A stretch of 64,000 nt of DNA. Origin: Hydrolagus affinis. Lineage: Eukaryota. The position numbers and the translations under genes are program-made. The DNA lies in contig JAAILG010000790.1 in NCBI GenBank assembly GCA_012026655.1, positions 1-64,000 of the forward strand, given 5' to 3'. This document shows, piece by piece, positions 1-13,258 of the stretch. How positions within the stretch are numbered: the first letter of the stretch is position 1; each line of letters begins with the position of its first letter. A model generated the notes under the pieces. The model searched no databases, had not been told where the DNA came from, and was given only the letters and a program-made list of their open reading frames with translations.

Positions 1-1332
1 TAGAATGTTAGTCTCTTTGTGTCTGGGAGTGTGTGTCTCTCTGGGTCAGTGTGTCTGTGCGCGGTCCTGGGCTCTGAGAGACAGGAGGTGGGAGCTCCTG
101 TTGTCTTGGAGTCAGGACATTGGTTCTGAGTGTTTCTTGGCTGATCTCTGTGCACTTTGGGCCTACTCTAGTGTCCCCATCCCACCCCCCTCCCATTATG
201 ACTCACCCAGTTTTTGTTAAGAAAGAAATTAATAAAAATATTTTGCAACAATCTCATACAGTAGGTATGATTTCCTCATGTTTAGTTTTTGTTAATAAAG
301 TGCAAAAATGTAGGTTGGCATTAAAATGTACCACAATAGCAACAATCAACATCGCAACTTTCTGCAAAAATTTGGCAAGTTTCCCCGCAATTTTGGGCAG
401 AAATTTCCGCAGTTTTCTATTGGCCCAGACTATAGTGCAGGAAACTATATAGGATCAAGAGCTTCCCTAATCTATCAACGGTCTACAGTCATTCACTGTA
501 GACAATGTTTATTCCTAGAATTTAGCATTGGATGATATTCATAAATGCATTCATAGAATCATAAAATCTTTACAACACAGGAGACTATTTGGCACGTTGT
601 ATATGTAGAGTTAACTCCCTCGCTGGAGTTATTTTCTTTGATCCTATTTTCTTGCAATTCCCTTGTAACCTTTTAATTTTTTTTTATCAAGCATTTGGGC
701 AACTGCTGTTTAAATGCTGGTTTGGATTCAGCTTCAACAGCCTTGTGTGGTAAGGGATTCCATATTCTAAACATCCATTTGACCAAATATTTTTTTAACC
801 TTTTTTCTGATGATAATCCTCAAATTATGCACACTGGTTACTGACCTACACAATACCAAATGACATAGGTGCTGAGAAAAAGCAACACATTTTCCGTGTG
901 CAGTGTTTACACAGAGATGAAGGTAAATTAATATCAGGGTTGAGACTTAAAACTGAGTTCAGAGAAATAATAATTGTTCAGCATATATAATTTATAGTCA
1001 TTCACATCCACAAAAGTGCTTTCAAAAGGAAAATGACCATGTGGTTTGTTTAAAATTTTGAATAATAGAATCCATATGTTAAATGGTCGTGATCATAACT
1101 GCAAAATAACATTTGAATAAAACCAATATTTATATTCTACTTTTCTGATTTCATTATTCTAACACATGCACAGCAGATGTATCACCTCATTTGTATAATA
1201 TCCCTTTTCTCACACCTAATTTCTATGGCAAAGTCCAGATGGAGTGAACTGGAGAAGTTTACAGTAAGCAAAAATGATCCTATATAATCTATGTAATGAA
1301 TGTTACCCCCTGCAGATTATTTAATGTCAGCC

Positions 1333-1720
1333 TGGCTCAGTTAGTAGCGCCTGCCCAAATCAGAAGTTTATGGTTTCATGCAATTTATTGGGACTTTGAG
1401 CTCAGTCTAGGTGGACACCAATACTTTATTAGGAGAGGTGTCTGCTTGAGCTGCTATCCTTCAAATGAAATGTCAATGTGCCTGTTCAGATCTTGTGAAA
1501 GATTCCATGGAGCTATTTGAAGAGTGAAGAGTAGCTCAATTCCCTGGTCAACAATTTCTTAGACTAACAAAAATCAGGCTGATTTCAGGCTGAACAAGGC
1601 TGATTGTGGGGCATTGTATACAAATCAATTGCTGCATTTAACTACAAATAACACAGCCACTACACTCTACAGAAAACTGAAGCATTTTGAAATGTTTCAA
1701 CATGATAAGGCGTTATATCA
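1333..1720 (+). mobile_element. Degenerate Deu-domain SINE
   Basis: TGGCTCAGTTAGTAGC head; TGTTCAGATCTTGTGAAAGATTCCATGGAGCTATTTGAAGAG core; degenerate tail. Confidence 0.65.
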
Positions 1721-2499
1721 TGTTGCACACATATATAGTCAATTCACTTTACAGTATATTCTGTGAAGCGCTTTGAGACGTCTACAACATGTTAAAGGCG
1801 CTATATCAAATGCAAGTATTATTATATCAAACGTAAGGATTATTATTAGCAGTACAACTTTCAAGAATTATTCGCAACATTACACATGATGTGGTCATAA
1901 TTAAAAAAAAACATTTGGACACCCAGCACAGGAAGCGAGGTGGAGAGCATATTTTTCTTGAAATTCTACGCGAAGACAATAATTTCAGATGAGATACACC
2001 AATGTACAGATGGTACATTTAAGTAACGTTACAATCTCAGATCATACCAGAAAATGACACTTCTATAAACTCTCACTTGTTCGGAGTTTAGAATACAATC
2101 TCGCCCCCAACCATTTCTTATCCGATTCCAAAACAAAACTTTCTCATCCTTTCTGATCTGTGTATATTCTATCATTTAAAGACAACTCATCATGAACCAA
2201 CTGAACAATACATCCTTGTGCTACCAGAACTGCATGCACTCTCCACTGGCTAACACATTGAAACAGATATTGCAGCATAAACTAATATAACACACATTGA
2301 AATAAATGAATGAATGGGATGTTGGGAAAATAATATCAAGATAACATTATTTATTGGTTCTAATCCAATCTAAAACATTTTATAAAATTGCTAAGAATGA
2401 ATCACACTAGCGTTACTGATTAAGTTAAACGCTTGCCTGTTATGTGACATTATTTCTGGATCTAAAAACCAGGGACTTTGAATTCACACAATCTGGGCT

Positions 2500-2826
2500 A
2501 ACCACTCCAAAGCAGTACAGGCTGGAGGGCTGCGATTCGGATGAAACGGCAAAGCGAGGTCCCGTCTGCCTGTTCAGGTGCACAATAAAGATCCCTTGGT
2601 ACCACTTGAAAAGAGAAGGGAGTTTGTCTCAAGTGTCCTGACCAACAACCCCCCAGTTAAAATTGGCTATTCGCTTCATGAGCATTTGTGAGTTATTGCT
2701 GTGTGCAAATTGGCTGCTAAAATACTCAGTCATTATATGTTACAGTAAATCACATGAAGCGCTTTGAAACAGCCTCCCCATGTGAAAGGCACTACAGTAT
2801 ATCAAATGCAAGGATTATTATTATTA
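2500..2826 (+). mobile_element. Deu-domain SINE (DeuSINE, SacSINE1/AmnSINE1-related)
   Basis: TTCGGATGAAACGGCAAAGCGAGGTCCCGTCTGCCTGTTCAGGTGCACAATAAAGATCCCTTGG...GTGTCCTGACCAACA resembles the recalled Deu domain (TTTCGGATGAGACGTTAAACCGAGG..CAGGTGGACGTAAAAGATCCCATGGCAC); ends in the L2-like tail. Confidence 0.75.
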
Positions 2827-3220
2827 CAGTGTACCTGTACTAAGTGGAGAAACAGGTTATTGCTGGTGGCAATACGTCTTTTGGACAGGTCCCATCGGGT
2901 CAGCCTTCCAACAATCAGATCATTGAGTTTAGAATAGAGCCTGTGTGGTGATGTAATCACATTGCCTACCATATGTCCACATTGCTACTTAAGCTGTAGC
3001 AGACAAGTTGCCACTGCAAATGTCGTGAGGTATACACATATACCCCCTATCTGAGCACCACAACAGTACTTTAATGAGCTCTAACTTTTTAGATCCACAT
3101 CAAAGAGGAGAATAGCTGGCTAGAATAATAAGATTGTCACTTATAATAATGATGATAATAATCCTTGCATTTGTTGTAGCGTTTTTCACAACTTCTAGAC
3201 GTCTCGAAGCGTTTCACAGT

Positions 3221-3524
3221 GGAGTCCTGTGGCACAGTGGTTAGAGCACACGCCTTACAAGCGAGAGACTTGAGTTCAATTCCAGACAGGGCGAAACCTT
3301 GGGCAAGTTTCCTCACCCCACACGCCTAGTAATAATCCCTCAAAAAAAAAATTGGTCATTTCAACCCAAGACTGTTTGTGGGATGCTGCTATGTGCACAT
3401 TGGCTGCTGCATTTTGTCCACAAATAATACAGTCAATTCACTTTACAGTATATTCTGTGAAGGCGCTTTGAGACGTCTAGAAGACGTGAAAAGCGTTATA
3501 TCAAAAATGCAAGGATTATTATTA
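3221..3524 (+). mobile_element. Full-length tRNA-derived SINE (SINE2-1_CM-like), nested in an opposite-strand copy
   Basis: Head GGAGTCCTGTGGCACAGTGGTTAGAGC (A box) ... GAGTTCAATTCC (B box); body CCTTGGGCAAGTTTCC; L2-like tail GCGCTTTGAGACGTC...GCAAGGATTATTATT. Confidence 0.9.
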
Positions 3525-4089
3525 CTGTAAAAGTGAATTGACTGTATATTTGCGCGGCAGCCAAACACGCACAGCCGCGTCCCACAGACAATAGCGGATT
3601 GAGTGACCAAATTAATCTTGTTTTGTTTTCTTGAGAGATTATGATCAGTGGGGTGTGGAGTAAGGAAATGTGCCCAAGGGTTCACCTTAATCTTGAAATC
3701 TTAATAAATGGGCAAACAGAATAACTCAAAACAGCTATGAACAGCGAATTCACAACCCTATCTCAAACATCCCCCCCCCACCACCCCTGTCTAATTACCT
3801 CTATATGAGTAATTGATTTTGGGGGGTTTTTTTGCTAAAAGAAAAATGTGTCCAAACACACACACACACACGCACACTTCAGCATGGAATTCTCGTTTAA
3901 AAAAAATAGGCAGGGGAAAAGAAAATCTGCTTTTTTTTTGGGTCAGATGCTGTAATACAATATGTCAAGGTTCCAGGGGTAAATCATTGACATATCATAG
4001 GGAGTGGAAAGATATTTGTAAGCCATCGACTTCCGTTCACATTTTTGACAGGACGATGAGAATGTGTGGGAAACTGCGGTGTGTGTGAT

Positions 4090-4260
4090 ACTGTAGTGTC
4101 CACACGCACACACACACACACACACAGATAGATAGATGTAGAAAAAGAGAAAAAATAAGAGAGAGAGAGAGAAAAAAAAACCCTAATGAGTGGAAGGATC
4201 GGTCATGCCAGCGGCTAGAGAGAGAGAGAGAGAGAGAAGGAAAGAGAGAAAGAGAGAGGT
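4090..4260. repeat. Compound (CA)n/(GATA)/(GA)n microsatellite cluster
   Basis: Directly visible; further (CA)n at 3856-3877 and (TA)/(TG) at 4468-4630. Confidence 0.85.
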
Positions 4261-6229
4261 TACTGCTGTCTGATCCGCAGATGTGTGCAAACAAGAGCTC
4301 TGTCCATCTCCATCTACCCCCATCCGCATTGGGTTGTGTTGCATTGCAGGAGAAACTGAGTTGAGACCAGCGTCAAAGGAGCAGCACCAACTAGTTGGGT
4401 GAGGAGGAACGCAGTGATTGATTTCAGTTACTTCCAAGGCAACCGTTAACCAGAAATAAAGCATGAAATATATATATACTCTCTCTGTATATATAAATAT
4501 ATATATATATAAAATTTCTCTATCTATAATATAACATATAAGGGCTTTTTTTTTCCTACATCTGTGATACATTGGGTGGGGGAATATATACATTTATGTA
4601 TGTGTGTGTGTGTATATATATATTTATTTATAGAATCAATCAATTATTTATATATCTATGTCCTTGCACTTTGCCTCACAATCTAATTGAATCAGCTTTT
4701 TTTTTGAGGGTGGGTTGGGATGAGGCGTTGGGTGGGGGGAGAGGGATTGAAATCTTGAATATATAAATATATAAAGATGTATCTGGAAGCAGAAAATAAA
4801 ATACCTTTCTGCTCATTTCAGTTCACTGATTTGTCTTGCCACTCTCACGACCAAATCAGTCACTTGATGCGTGACAAAAGTCACTGTTTGTGCGTGTGTG
4901 TGTGCGTGTGGCTCTTTAAATCTGCATGTTTTGGCTTTGGGGAGGAGGAGGAGGGTGGAAAGTGTTTAGATTTGCTTAACATTTGCAACCAAGTAGAAAG
5001 AGAAAACGTATTCACTTTCCAGATCTCTCGCATTTGAGTCACTGTGCATCCACTGGGTGCAAAACATCTGACTGGGGAAAGAGAAACAGAGAGTGAAAGT
5101 AGATGTAGCTTTTTAATTTTTAAAGGGGTTTCTCTCGACTCTTCAATAGTTTGCAGGCATCTGTCCCAGTAAGGATGGCGGTGTTGGCTGCTGTAATAAA
5201 GCAGTTATTTATTGCAATTTGGTTTCAATCAACACCCAAATTACACTGGAGGGTTTGACAAGACTCGTTTTATTTAGGCAGCTTCTTTTTATTTCTATAA
5301 TGACCAAATTGCTGGTAAATGTGCCAATGAAATTACAGCTGATTGCTTGCTTCCTCCACTACCCCCCGCCCCCAACCACCCCAACTCCACCACCACTCAC
5401 CAACACACTCCCATTATGTGTTGTCCATTTATAAATAAGTTTGATAGCTCAAGTTACAAATGAGGGGAAAAACATTGTAATCTTACTCCTTTGCTAAGAC
5501 GATGGAATAAATGCTCTACTGTAGAGCTTTATATGAAAAAAAACACTGTTCATTTAGAAAAGGGTGGATTTCATCCAGCAATGTGTTGAAAATGCAACAC
5601 CAAGAGCCACTTGGACATTTGTAAACTCCTCTGTCTGAACCAGGTCACTCAGGTAGACAATGCAGTTTGGAGAGAGAGAGAGAGATGCAAACTCATTCTC
5701 AGGTTCAAAAAGGGCTGTTCTGAATTGGGATAGAGTTGGAAGACACAGCAGCAAGGCAACACTGTACTAAAGTTACAGTCCCATCTAAGTGTTCTCCATC
5801 TGTGTGCAGAGTGGCTCCAAACAGTGCTGTAGTTCTGGAGCAAGGTAAAAAAAAAAACTACTGTATTTTTATGTTTTTGCCTGATGTAAATTTGTTTTCT
5901 TCTGGGTTTGAAATAAAACAATTGTCCAACTCTTAAGATACTTCTTATAGATTATGAATGAAACGAGCACCTACACCAGTTAATAGAATTGTATTATATT
6001 AGGTTTGCATCAAATGTGAGTATATTTTCTTTACAACCTAGACATTCTTTACTTATTTGAATGAAAGATAAACACTAATCATCTCTATTAAGAAGGATGT
6101 TTGTGTCAAGTGTATCATTACCTGGATGATTAAAATTTCTATATTTGTGTTACTTCCTAGCAACTTGCTTGAATATTGAATAACGCTTTTTTTTTGTTGT
6201 TGCCATTTTAGATATTAAAAGCGGATAAG

Positions 6230-6371
6230 ATGTGCAGCACATTTAATCCCAAGGAGCCTGGACCAAGTCTTTCTGATGTGAATCAATATAGTCAGTGGCT
6301 GGCAAGCAGGCACGAAGCTAGTTTACTTCCAATGAAAGAGGACTTGGCTTTGTGGTTGACAAATTTACTAG
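6230..6371 (+). CDS. GAS2: GAS2 coding exon 1 (exon begins 6212 after acceptor; ATG at 6230)
   Basis: Encodes [47 protein letters not shown](G), matching human GAS2 N-terminus (..[30 protein letters not shown]). T-rich tract + AG at 6210-6211; donor G|GTAAGG at 6372; 142 nt, phase 1. Confidence 0.96.
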
Positions 6372-7069
6372 GTAAGGTTACAGTTGTAATGCTAAATATT
6401 TTATTAAAATCATAAAAACAACAACAGTAACTTGTTCAAGGGCTATGGAACTAGTTCGGTCTTAGAACACAGCCCTCTGGGAAGAGTGTCTGCTTCCTTG
6501 AAGCAGAATATGAAATGGATACTCTCTTTTTTCCCCCCCAAAAAAGGAATCCGGTATGTGTTGAAGCTTCACATGCTTTAGTTTGCGATTGCATACTGTA
6601 TTTGTAAGGCCAGTCTGTAAAGGGCATAAACTGAACGGTCAAGGTTTTCATTGTTTAGAGCCTTTACAATTAAAATAGAAGAGCTTTGCATTTCAGTTGA
6701 GAAGTCTGGTAAAGCAGGCTGTGCATTTCATTCATGCGCAGCTTGTCCAGTGTTCTAAATGAAATCGCCAACCGCAGGGAAATGTCTAACAAGATGAATG
6801 TCTGTGAAACATTCCCCTCCTGTCTTCTCCTCCTGGAGTGAGTCTTCTCACAAAAGACCAAAATATCGGTTAAAAAAAACTACAATATATTTCATTCAAT
6901 CCAACCAGATACACGTGATAGCTGTTTGTGACATATTGCTGTGCTACCACATTCACCCACAAAATACACCCATCACTATACTTTACCGTAAATCCTGTGA
7001 GGAGGCCTCCTGACGTGAATAGTGCAATATCAAATGCTGTACAAGGATTTTTTTTTATTCCAGAAGTGA

Positions 7070-8470
7070 TATGTCCCTTGATTTCAGTGTCACAGGCTCC
7101 ACCCCAATCCATGGATAATTCATGTTCATATTCTACGTTATTACCTGAAAAAAGCGTTTAACCCATTCTTAAATGGATATTCACCCACTACCTGTTTCCA
7201 AACTATGCTCATGAAACACTGATTCATTTAGATGCAAGTCTTTTTCTACATCTGTTGCTTGGGCAGGGAATTGATTTGTCTATTCTTGTTACGTTTGTAC
7301 CAATGTCTTTTTTGAAGTTTGCATCACAACTTAAATTAAATTGTACAGTTACATCTGCAATACTATATTTCTAGTATGTTAAGGTCACATTTCGTTTTAC
7401 GTTTTTTTTCTGATGTAAATAAATCAAAATCTGTCACTATTTCAATTTAAAATCTTGGAATAATCTTGTTACTATTTGAAATAGTTTTATTGTATTTTTT
7501 TTGAAGGTAGGGAGCCCAACACTGCACACAATATTCCAATGATTTGTACAATTCTAATGTGTTCTAATTGATAATCAAATGTATTAGAGATGTATTCCAG
7601 TAATTGATTTGCCTTATTGACAAATGAGGATGAAAACTTGAGCATTTTTCCTTACTCCACACATCTAATAATAATCCCTCAAAAATTAAACAATACGTTT
7701 GTCATTTCAATCCACGATTGTTTGTGGGACACTGCTGTGCGCAATTGGCTGTCTCAGTTTTCGCCCACAAATATACAGTCAATTCACTTTACAGTATATT
7801 TTGTGAAGCGCTTTGAGATGTCTAGAAGATGTGAAAAGCTCTATATCAAATGCAAGGATTATTACTATGATTCATAATAGTCTCATATTACCTGGATACT
7901 TTCAGGAAATCACTTAATTTCCCCATATCTCTTTGAACCTGGATAATTCTTCCGTCATTAGACATGCAACCGCTAGTATAGTCAGCAAATTATATAAAAT
8001 TAATATAATAATTTTTTGTGGGACATTGCAGTGCACAAATTGGCTGCTGCGTTCAGTCACAAAATACACACAGTCACAGCACCTTACAGAACATCCTGTA
8101 AAGCTCTTTGAGACATCTTGACTAAGTAGTAAGGTGCTATATGAAATGCAAGTATTATTGATGTTAATTATGGTACAGTAATATTATAAGTACTCTGTCA
8201 TTTATAAACACATAAAGAGCATGGGAGCCAGTGCAGACAATTGCAAATCCCTACAAGGCATTAACTATTTATGATTATCCATTGCATTTTACTAACAGTC
8301 AAGCTATCTAATTTGTTCTTATATTGATGAGTTTTAAGATGCATTGCAACTCCCAGATGCTTTGATAAATGCATTCTAAAATGTCCAGGTAGATTTTACC
8401 CACTGAACATAAATCCTTATCAAGTGATTCCTGTAGATTTGTGAAACGTGATCTGTTATTTTTAGATCTA
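7070..8470 (-). mobile_element. Decayed CR1-type LINE, interrupted by SINEs
   Basis: GGGAGCCCAACACTGCACACAATATTCCA (reverse of LEYCVQxW) at ~7510-7540, and IYLDxxxAFxK-like remnant at ~8355-8405. Confidence 0.55.
7632..7870 (+). mobile_element. 5'-truncated tRNA-SINE (representative of many partial copies)
   Basis: Family body and tail. Other partial copies at about 1725-1826(+), 6910-7058(+), 8010-8160(+), 10895-11110(-), 18525-18630(-), 24155-24290(+), 24960-25063(+), 33975-34055(+), 49402-49610(-), 62125-62235(+), 62298-62428(+). Confidence 0.85.
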
Positions 8471-11400
8471 TTTTGCTAATTTATGGTCTCTGAACTCTAA
8501 AGTGTGATGATATTTGATAACAACTTTATAGATTACAAGGAAGCAGTGAGACATGTAGGATGATATATTTGGAGCTTAGGAGAAACAAGATATGAAAGTT
8601 TGGAGAAGGATTAACCTTTGTCATGTTGCTAAAATGGAAAGGAATAGTTGTGATGTAAAGCGAGAGAAAGAGAATGGAGGCCAGAGTTGAAGGAAGCACT
8701 TTATCAGACTAGTCCTTTTTTGGAGGGGTCCAGATGTAAAAGAGGGCCAGATATATCATCCTTGATGTGAGAGCAGTTCATAAAGTCTTGGACAAAGTTA
8801 ACTTCATAAAACCTAGCAGAGCTGTTGAGGAGAAAATAAATGGTTGTCATGCAAAAAAAAAAGTTTCTTGGAGGCTGTTTTAGCATTAAAGGAGGTGGGA
8901 AAATGATAAACTATATGCCTGGTTTTCTGTACACTAACATTGTAAGACTGGTGGTATATAGTGTTTGCCAGTTTCATAGATACTTTCCCCACTCAAGGAT
9001 GCTCCATAATATTCCACCATTATTGCATGCAGTTTCACCATTCTGATGTACGTTACTTCCTTTTTCTTCTACTGAACCATGAAATATTTCTCATTAAGAG
9101 ACAGTTCCTAACTTGAATTCATTCTGCAACTTCGACTGGATAAACACATTCAAGCCTTGTGTTTAAGCAGTCATCTTGAAACCTGGAAATGGAGTATCTA
9201 AGGAAATTGAATACTGCTCAGAATGAAAGGCTCTCAGTTAGATTGGGGGGTGGGGGGAAGGGGTGTCTTATCCAGGACAACAGCTGTGCTAAGAGGGAAA
9301 AAAATCTTTTATTTTCACAATTATTTGGCTTTTTAATGTGAAAGATTAGTTCAATTTTTGTAATGACATCACTGTCAGAAGAGTGATGTTATAAATTAAA
9401 GGTAATTGTATTCGAATGCATTTTCCATCTGAATGTTTTTCTTTCCTGAACTGTGGATAGTTTGGGCCAATTTGATGGTAGCATAAGTTTTTGGGAAGAA
9501 TGATTACTTTTTGCAGGAATGAAACGCAGGCAGCTGAAAGTCGACACTTTATATATTTTTCATTGACTGCAGATGGGATAGGCACGAAGCCAGCTCAAGA
9601 TTGGTTAGTTAAATACAGATAAATAAATACAACTTTGCCACAATGCAAAAAGTAGCTAAACATCTCGATCCGAAAGGTAGAAGAGGCATCTTCAAATTAT
9701 GCAATGCATAAAACAGAGGGAGTTGGAACGCAGTAGATTATCTCTGTTTAATGTGAGTGACACTTTAATCGGTCCAAATGTTGAAATTTATTACCTCCAT
9801 TTCTCAGCTATGTTTGTATTGGCAACGCATCGTGAAAAGAGAATCCAAAAATGCGCAATGAGGAATGTACTTATTCAGGATGAGAATTTTTATTCTTGCT
9901 CTGTAGTCTCAAGGTAGTTTTTTTCAGGACTGAAGGAAATCGATTAAGTCATGATTTTCAGCTAAGTTCAAAAACATAAAGTTACATTATATGCTTGTCC
10001 ATTCTTCCTTTTCCAAAGAAAATGTTACCCTCTTAAAGTCACCTCAGTATCTTTAAAATGAAATTGTGTTGCTTCTGTCCCTTCAAATCTCTCAGCAGTT
10101 TAAGATTATATAGACTGTTGGATACTTTTGCGGTGTTCATATTGCACATTTGGTGGTGAATTGTTGTAGGCTCTGGCAGTGATTCATTGCCAAATATGTA
10201 CTATAAACCGGGATGAAGCAATGTGAATTGAGCTGGAACCAAGACTTTGCTTTCATCCGAAGGAGGTGAATTCATCACTAGTGCCATTTGCCCCTATACA
10301 GTACTAAATACAATGGGTGGGGGAGGTGGGGGGGAATGGAAATAACCACACTGTGTTCACCTCCACTTGTTCCATTTAAAGTTCCTGCACAGACAGTTCA
10401 GAAACTTTGAACAAGTTCTTATTTAATGAAATTAAAGAGGCGATCATGCGATCTTTTCTTCGGTAACACTGGAAAAACTAACCCATTTTTTCACGTGCTA
10501 CAAACATTTGTTTGGTTTGACCATGATTTGGAGTGGGGGAAGTATGGGGAAATATAAATCAGTTTCTTGCTCTGCATTAGTATTCTGACCGCAATCCCGG
10601 CGGTATGAATGCAGCATAAGTTAATGTTCCAGGTTACAAAAATAAATAGTGCTCTTGGTTGATCATTTTTTTTTCTGTATCGACTTGGGGACGCTAAAGC
10701 TGCCCAAAAGGCAAGTGAAGTCATTTCCTATCGCAGTGTAATTTACAGATGCCGCTTTTCCAAACGCTCAATGTGCTAGCTTGAGCACTGCTGGATATTT
10801 TGCTAAGGGTCTCAGGGCCCTGTACTTTTTCTTCCCTGTTCAGTGCGTTGCCAACATCTCAATTTCATAATAAAAATAATTTTTTTTCAAAAAAAATCCT
10901 TGCATTTGATATACTGCAGCACCTTTCGCTTCAGGAGGATGTCTCAAAGCGATTCGCAGTATTTACTGTAAAGTACAGTGATTTGTATTTGGTAGGCTAA
11001 TGCGGCAGCCAATTTACGCACAGCAATGTCACACAAACAAGCCATGAAGTGAATAACCGATTGTTGGCCAAGACACCAGGAGAAATTCCCTCCTCTCAAC
11101 TGTTCAAAAACTGGACTACATATGGCACCCTATTCAAAAGTACGGTAGGTGTTAATTACAACATAATAGGTTGCAAGGCATGTAGGATGATGTATTTCAG
11201 AGTTTGGGAGGAACAAGAGAAGTTGGGAGAAGCAGTAACCCTTGTTATATTGTAGAAAAGTGTTTGTAAAGAATTGTAACAATGAACTAAAATGTATTTA
11301 AATGCAGTTGACAAGTTTACAGTGCACTGTTTGGAGAGTTAAATCTCTCTCAGTAACTGAGTGAAATAACTCATTCTGTTCCATCATCTATCATGTTTTT

Positions 11401-12473
11401 TTTTAAAAAAATGTTTTTTTGCAGTTAAATGAAATTATTTACAGGAATAAAATTTCGCTTCATCCCAGGGAACTCCTTTGGCTGCACCGTTGCTAAGAGT
11501 GGGACTTGTGGTTTTAAAAACAAAAAAACTTTGACAGATTGCAAACTCATTTCAATGTAGAGAAATGTGTTTGCCTTTTTTTAAATTTTAAATTTTTGCA
11601 ATTTTTTTTTAAACCCACAATGAGCTGTGTTCGCCAGCAATGAGTTGTCAGTGAATAGCATGGCCAGAATCAGAGGAACTCTCCAACACTGCCGATGACA
11701 CACCAAAGGGACTGATTGTTTAAAACCCCATCGAAATAGTAGCAAAAGCAGGTGTAACGGAGTAATGCACTGTTTCCTTTGTTGCAAAACTCCGTAACAT
11801 TTCCAAAAAGGAATATCCTGTAACCTTTACCTTTGACGGGGGAGTGGGGGGGGGGGAAATATCCCTCATTATTATAGCTTGATTCAGAACTTTCCTCTGC
11901 AGCCCCCTGTGTCATAGTGATAATGCCTCAAATGCCAGTTTGAAACCATGGCATTGAGTCAATTAGAGCAATAATGTAATTTAATTACATTAAAATGAAC
12001 AGGGACTGATTGATCTTCACAGTATATACAATTTTAAAATTGTTAAACGTGAACTAGATTGGGAAAAGAAAATCCACTCTTGCTAAACACAATTTTTTTA
12101 AAAATATTGTAGGTCTCAGTAATTTTCTTTAAAAAATAAGCACATCCTCAATTGTCTGAGGAGCCTGATTGATGTGGTTAAGCCAATTTGATGCAAAATA
12201 TGGTTATTACCAGTTATCATCAGGAAAATACATCTTGATCAAGATACGTAGCTGAACAAAAGAGTAAAGCATAAATCAAAAGAAAAAGTTTACTACTGTA
12301 TTTGCATTCCTGCAAAAGTACCTGACCACCAGTCTTAAAGACCCAAACCATGTTTCAGTTGCAAAAACTGAGGTTCCATCTACTTTTTACTTGTGTCCTT
12401 CCTCAAATAACTAGCAGCACTTGGTACTATGCACCAGACATCTCGGTTTTACTTTAACTTTTCCTACGTTCAG

Positions 12474-12595
12474 GGAAGGAGATCACGGCGGAAAGTTTTA
12501 TGGAAAAGTTGGACAATGGAGCGCTCCTCTGTCAGCTGGCACAGACATTACAAGAGCAATTCAAAGAAAACAGCAGTGAATACAAGGCTGCCAAG
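12474..12595 (+). CDS. GAS2: GAS2 coding exon 2 (calponin-homology domain)
   Basis: CAG acceptor 12471-12473; encodes (G)[40 protein letters not shown]; donor AAG|GTGAGT; 122 nt restores phase 0. Not in the ORF track, read from sequence. Confidence 0.96.
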
Positions 12596-12925
12596 GTGAG
12601 TCTGATAATCAAATCCAGTTTACTACTTCAAATTAAAGTCAAGTGATTTGCCTTTTCCACTTACAAAGCTTTAAGTATGCAGGACAATGATAGTTTGCCG
12701 TTCTGAATCCCAAAAATATTATGGGGTCCAATTTGCCAGTTGCATAAAACTTGCTGTGATTACGTTATTCAGAGAGGATTAGAGATGCTCCAAGTTATAC
12801 AATCCACCAAGGTATACTGTCACTACGCTTTATAGTAAATCCTGTGAAGCGTTTTGAGACATCCTTCTAAAGCGAAAAGAGCAATATCAAATGTAATCAC
12901 CTCTAAGAATTAATTACATCATTGT

Positions 12926-13258
12926 GGAGTCCTGTAGCTCAGTGGTTAGAGCACTCACCTTGCAAGCAAGGGACCTAGGTTTGATTCCATGCAGGGAAAA
13001 ACCTTGGTCAACTTTCCTTACTCCACATGCCTGATAATAATCCCTCAAGTAAAAAAAAGCAATCATAATTTGATCACTCAATCCATGACTGTTTGTGGGA
13101 CACTGCTGTGTGCAACTTGCTGTTGCCTTTCGCCCACATACAGTATATACTGTCAATTCAGTTTACAGTATATTCTGTGAAGTGTTTGAGACTTCTAGAA
13201 GATGCGAGAAGCACTATATCAAATGCTAGGATTATTATTATTATCATCGTTATTATTA
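12926..13258 (+). mobile_element. Full-length tRNA-SINE in the GAS2 intron after coding exon 2
   Basis: GGAGTCCTGTAGCTCAGTGGTTAGAGCACTCACCTTGCAAG head, same body, (ATT)n tail. Extra tail fragments at ~12815-12900 and ~13305-13410. Confidence 0.9.

Noticed and set aside
345-420. Imperfect hairpin (TCTGCAAAAATT...AATTTTGGGCAGA) as a pre-miRNA
   Set aside because: Stem is short and interrupted; more likely chance or a decayed transposon subterminal repeat.
4281-4364. Short ATG ORF (MCANKSSV..., 27 aa) after a CAG
   Set aside because: Terminates quickly and resembles nothing I recognise; at most a uORF if the region is exonic.
1-6200. FANCF or another gene upstream of GAS2 (expected from human synteny)
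   Set aside because: No long single-exon ORF or recognisable FANCF peptide; it would lie outside the window if present.
12926-13000. tRNA(Ala)-like sequences (also at 3221, 26620, 55807)
   Set aside because: They are SINE heads: A/B boxes run directly into the SINE body, with no proper acceptor stem or terminator.
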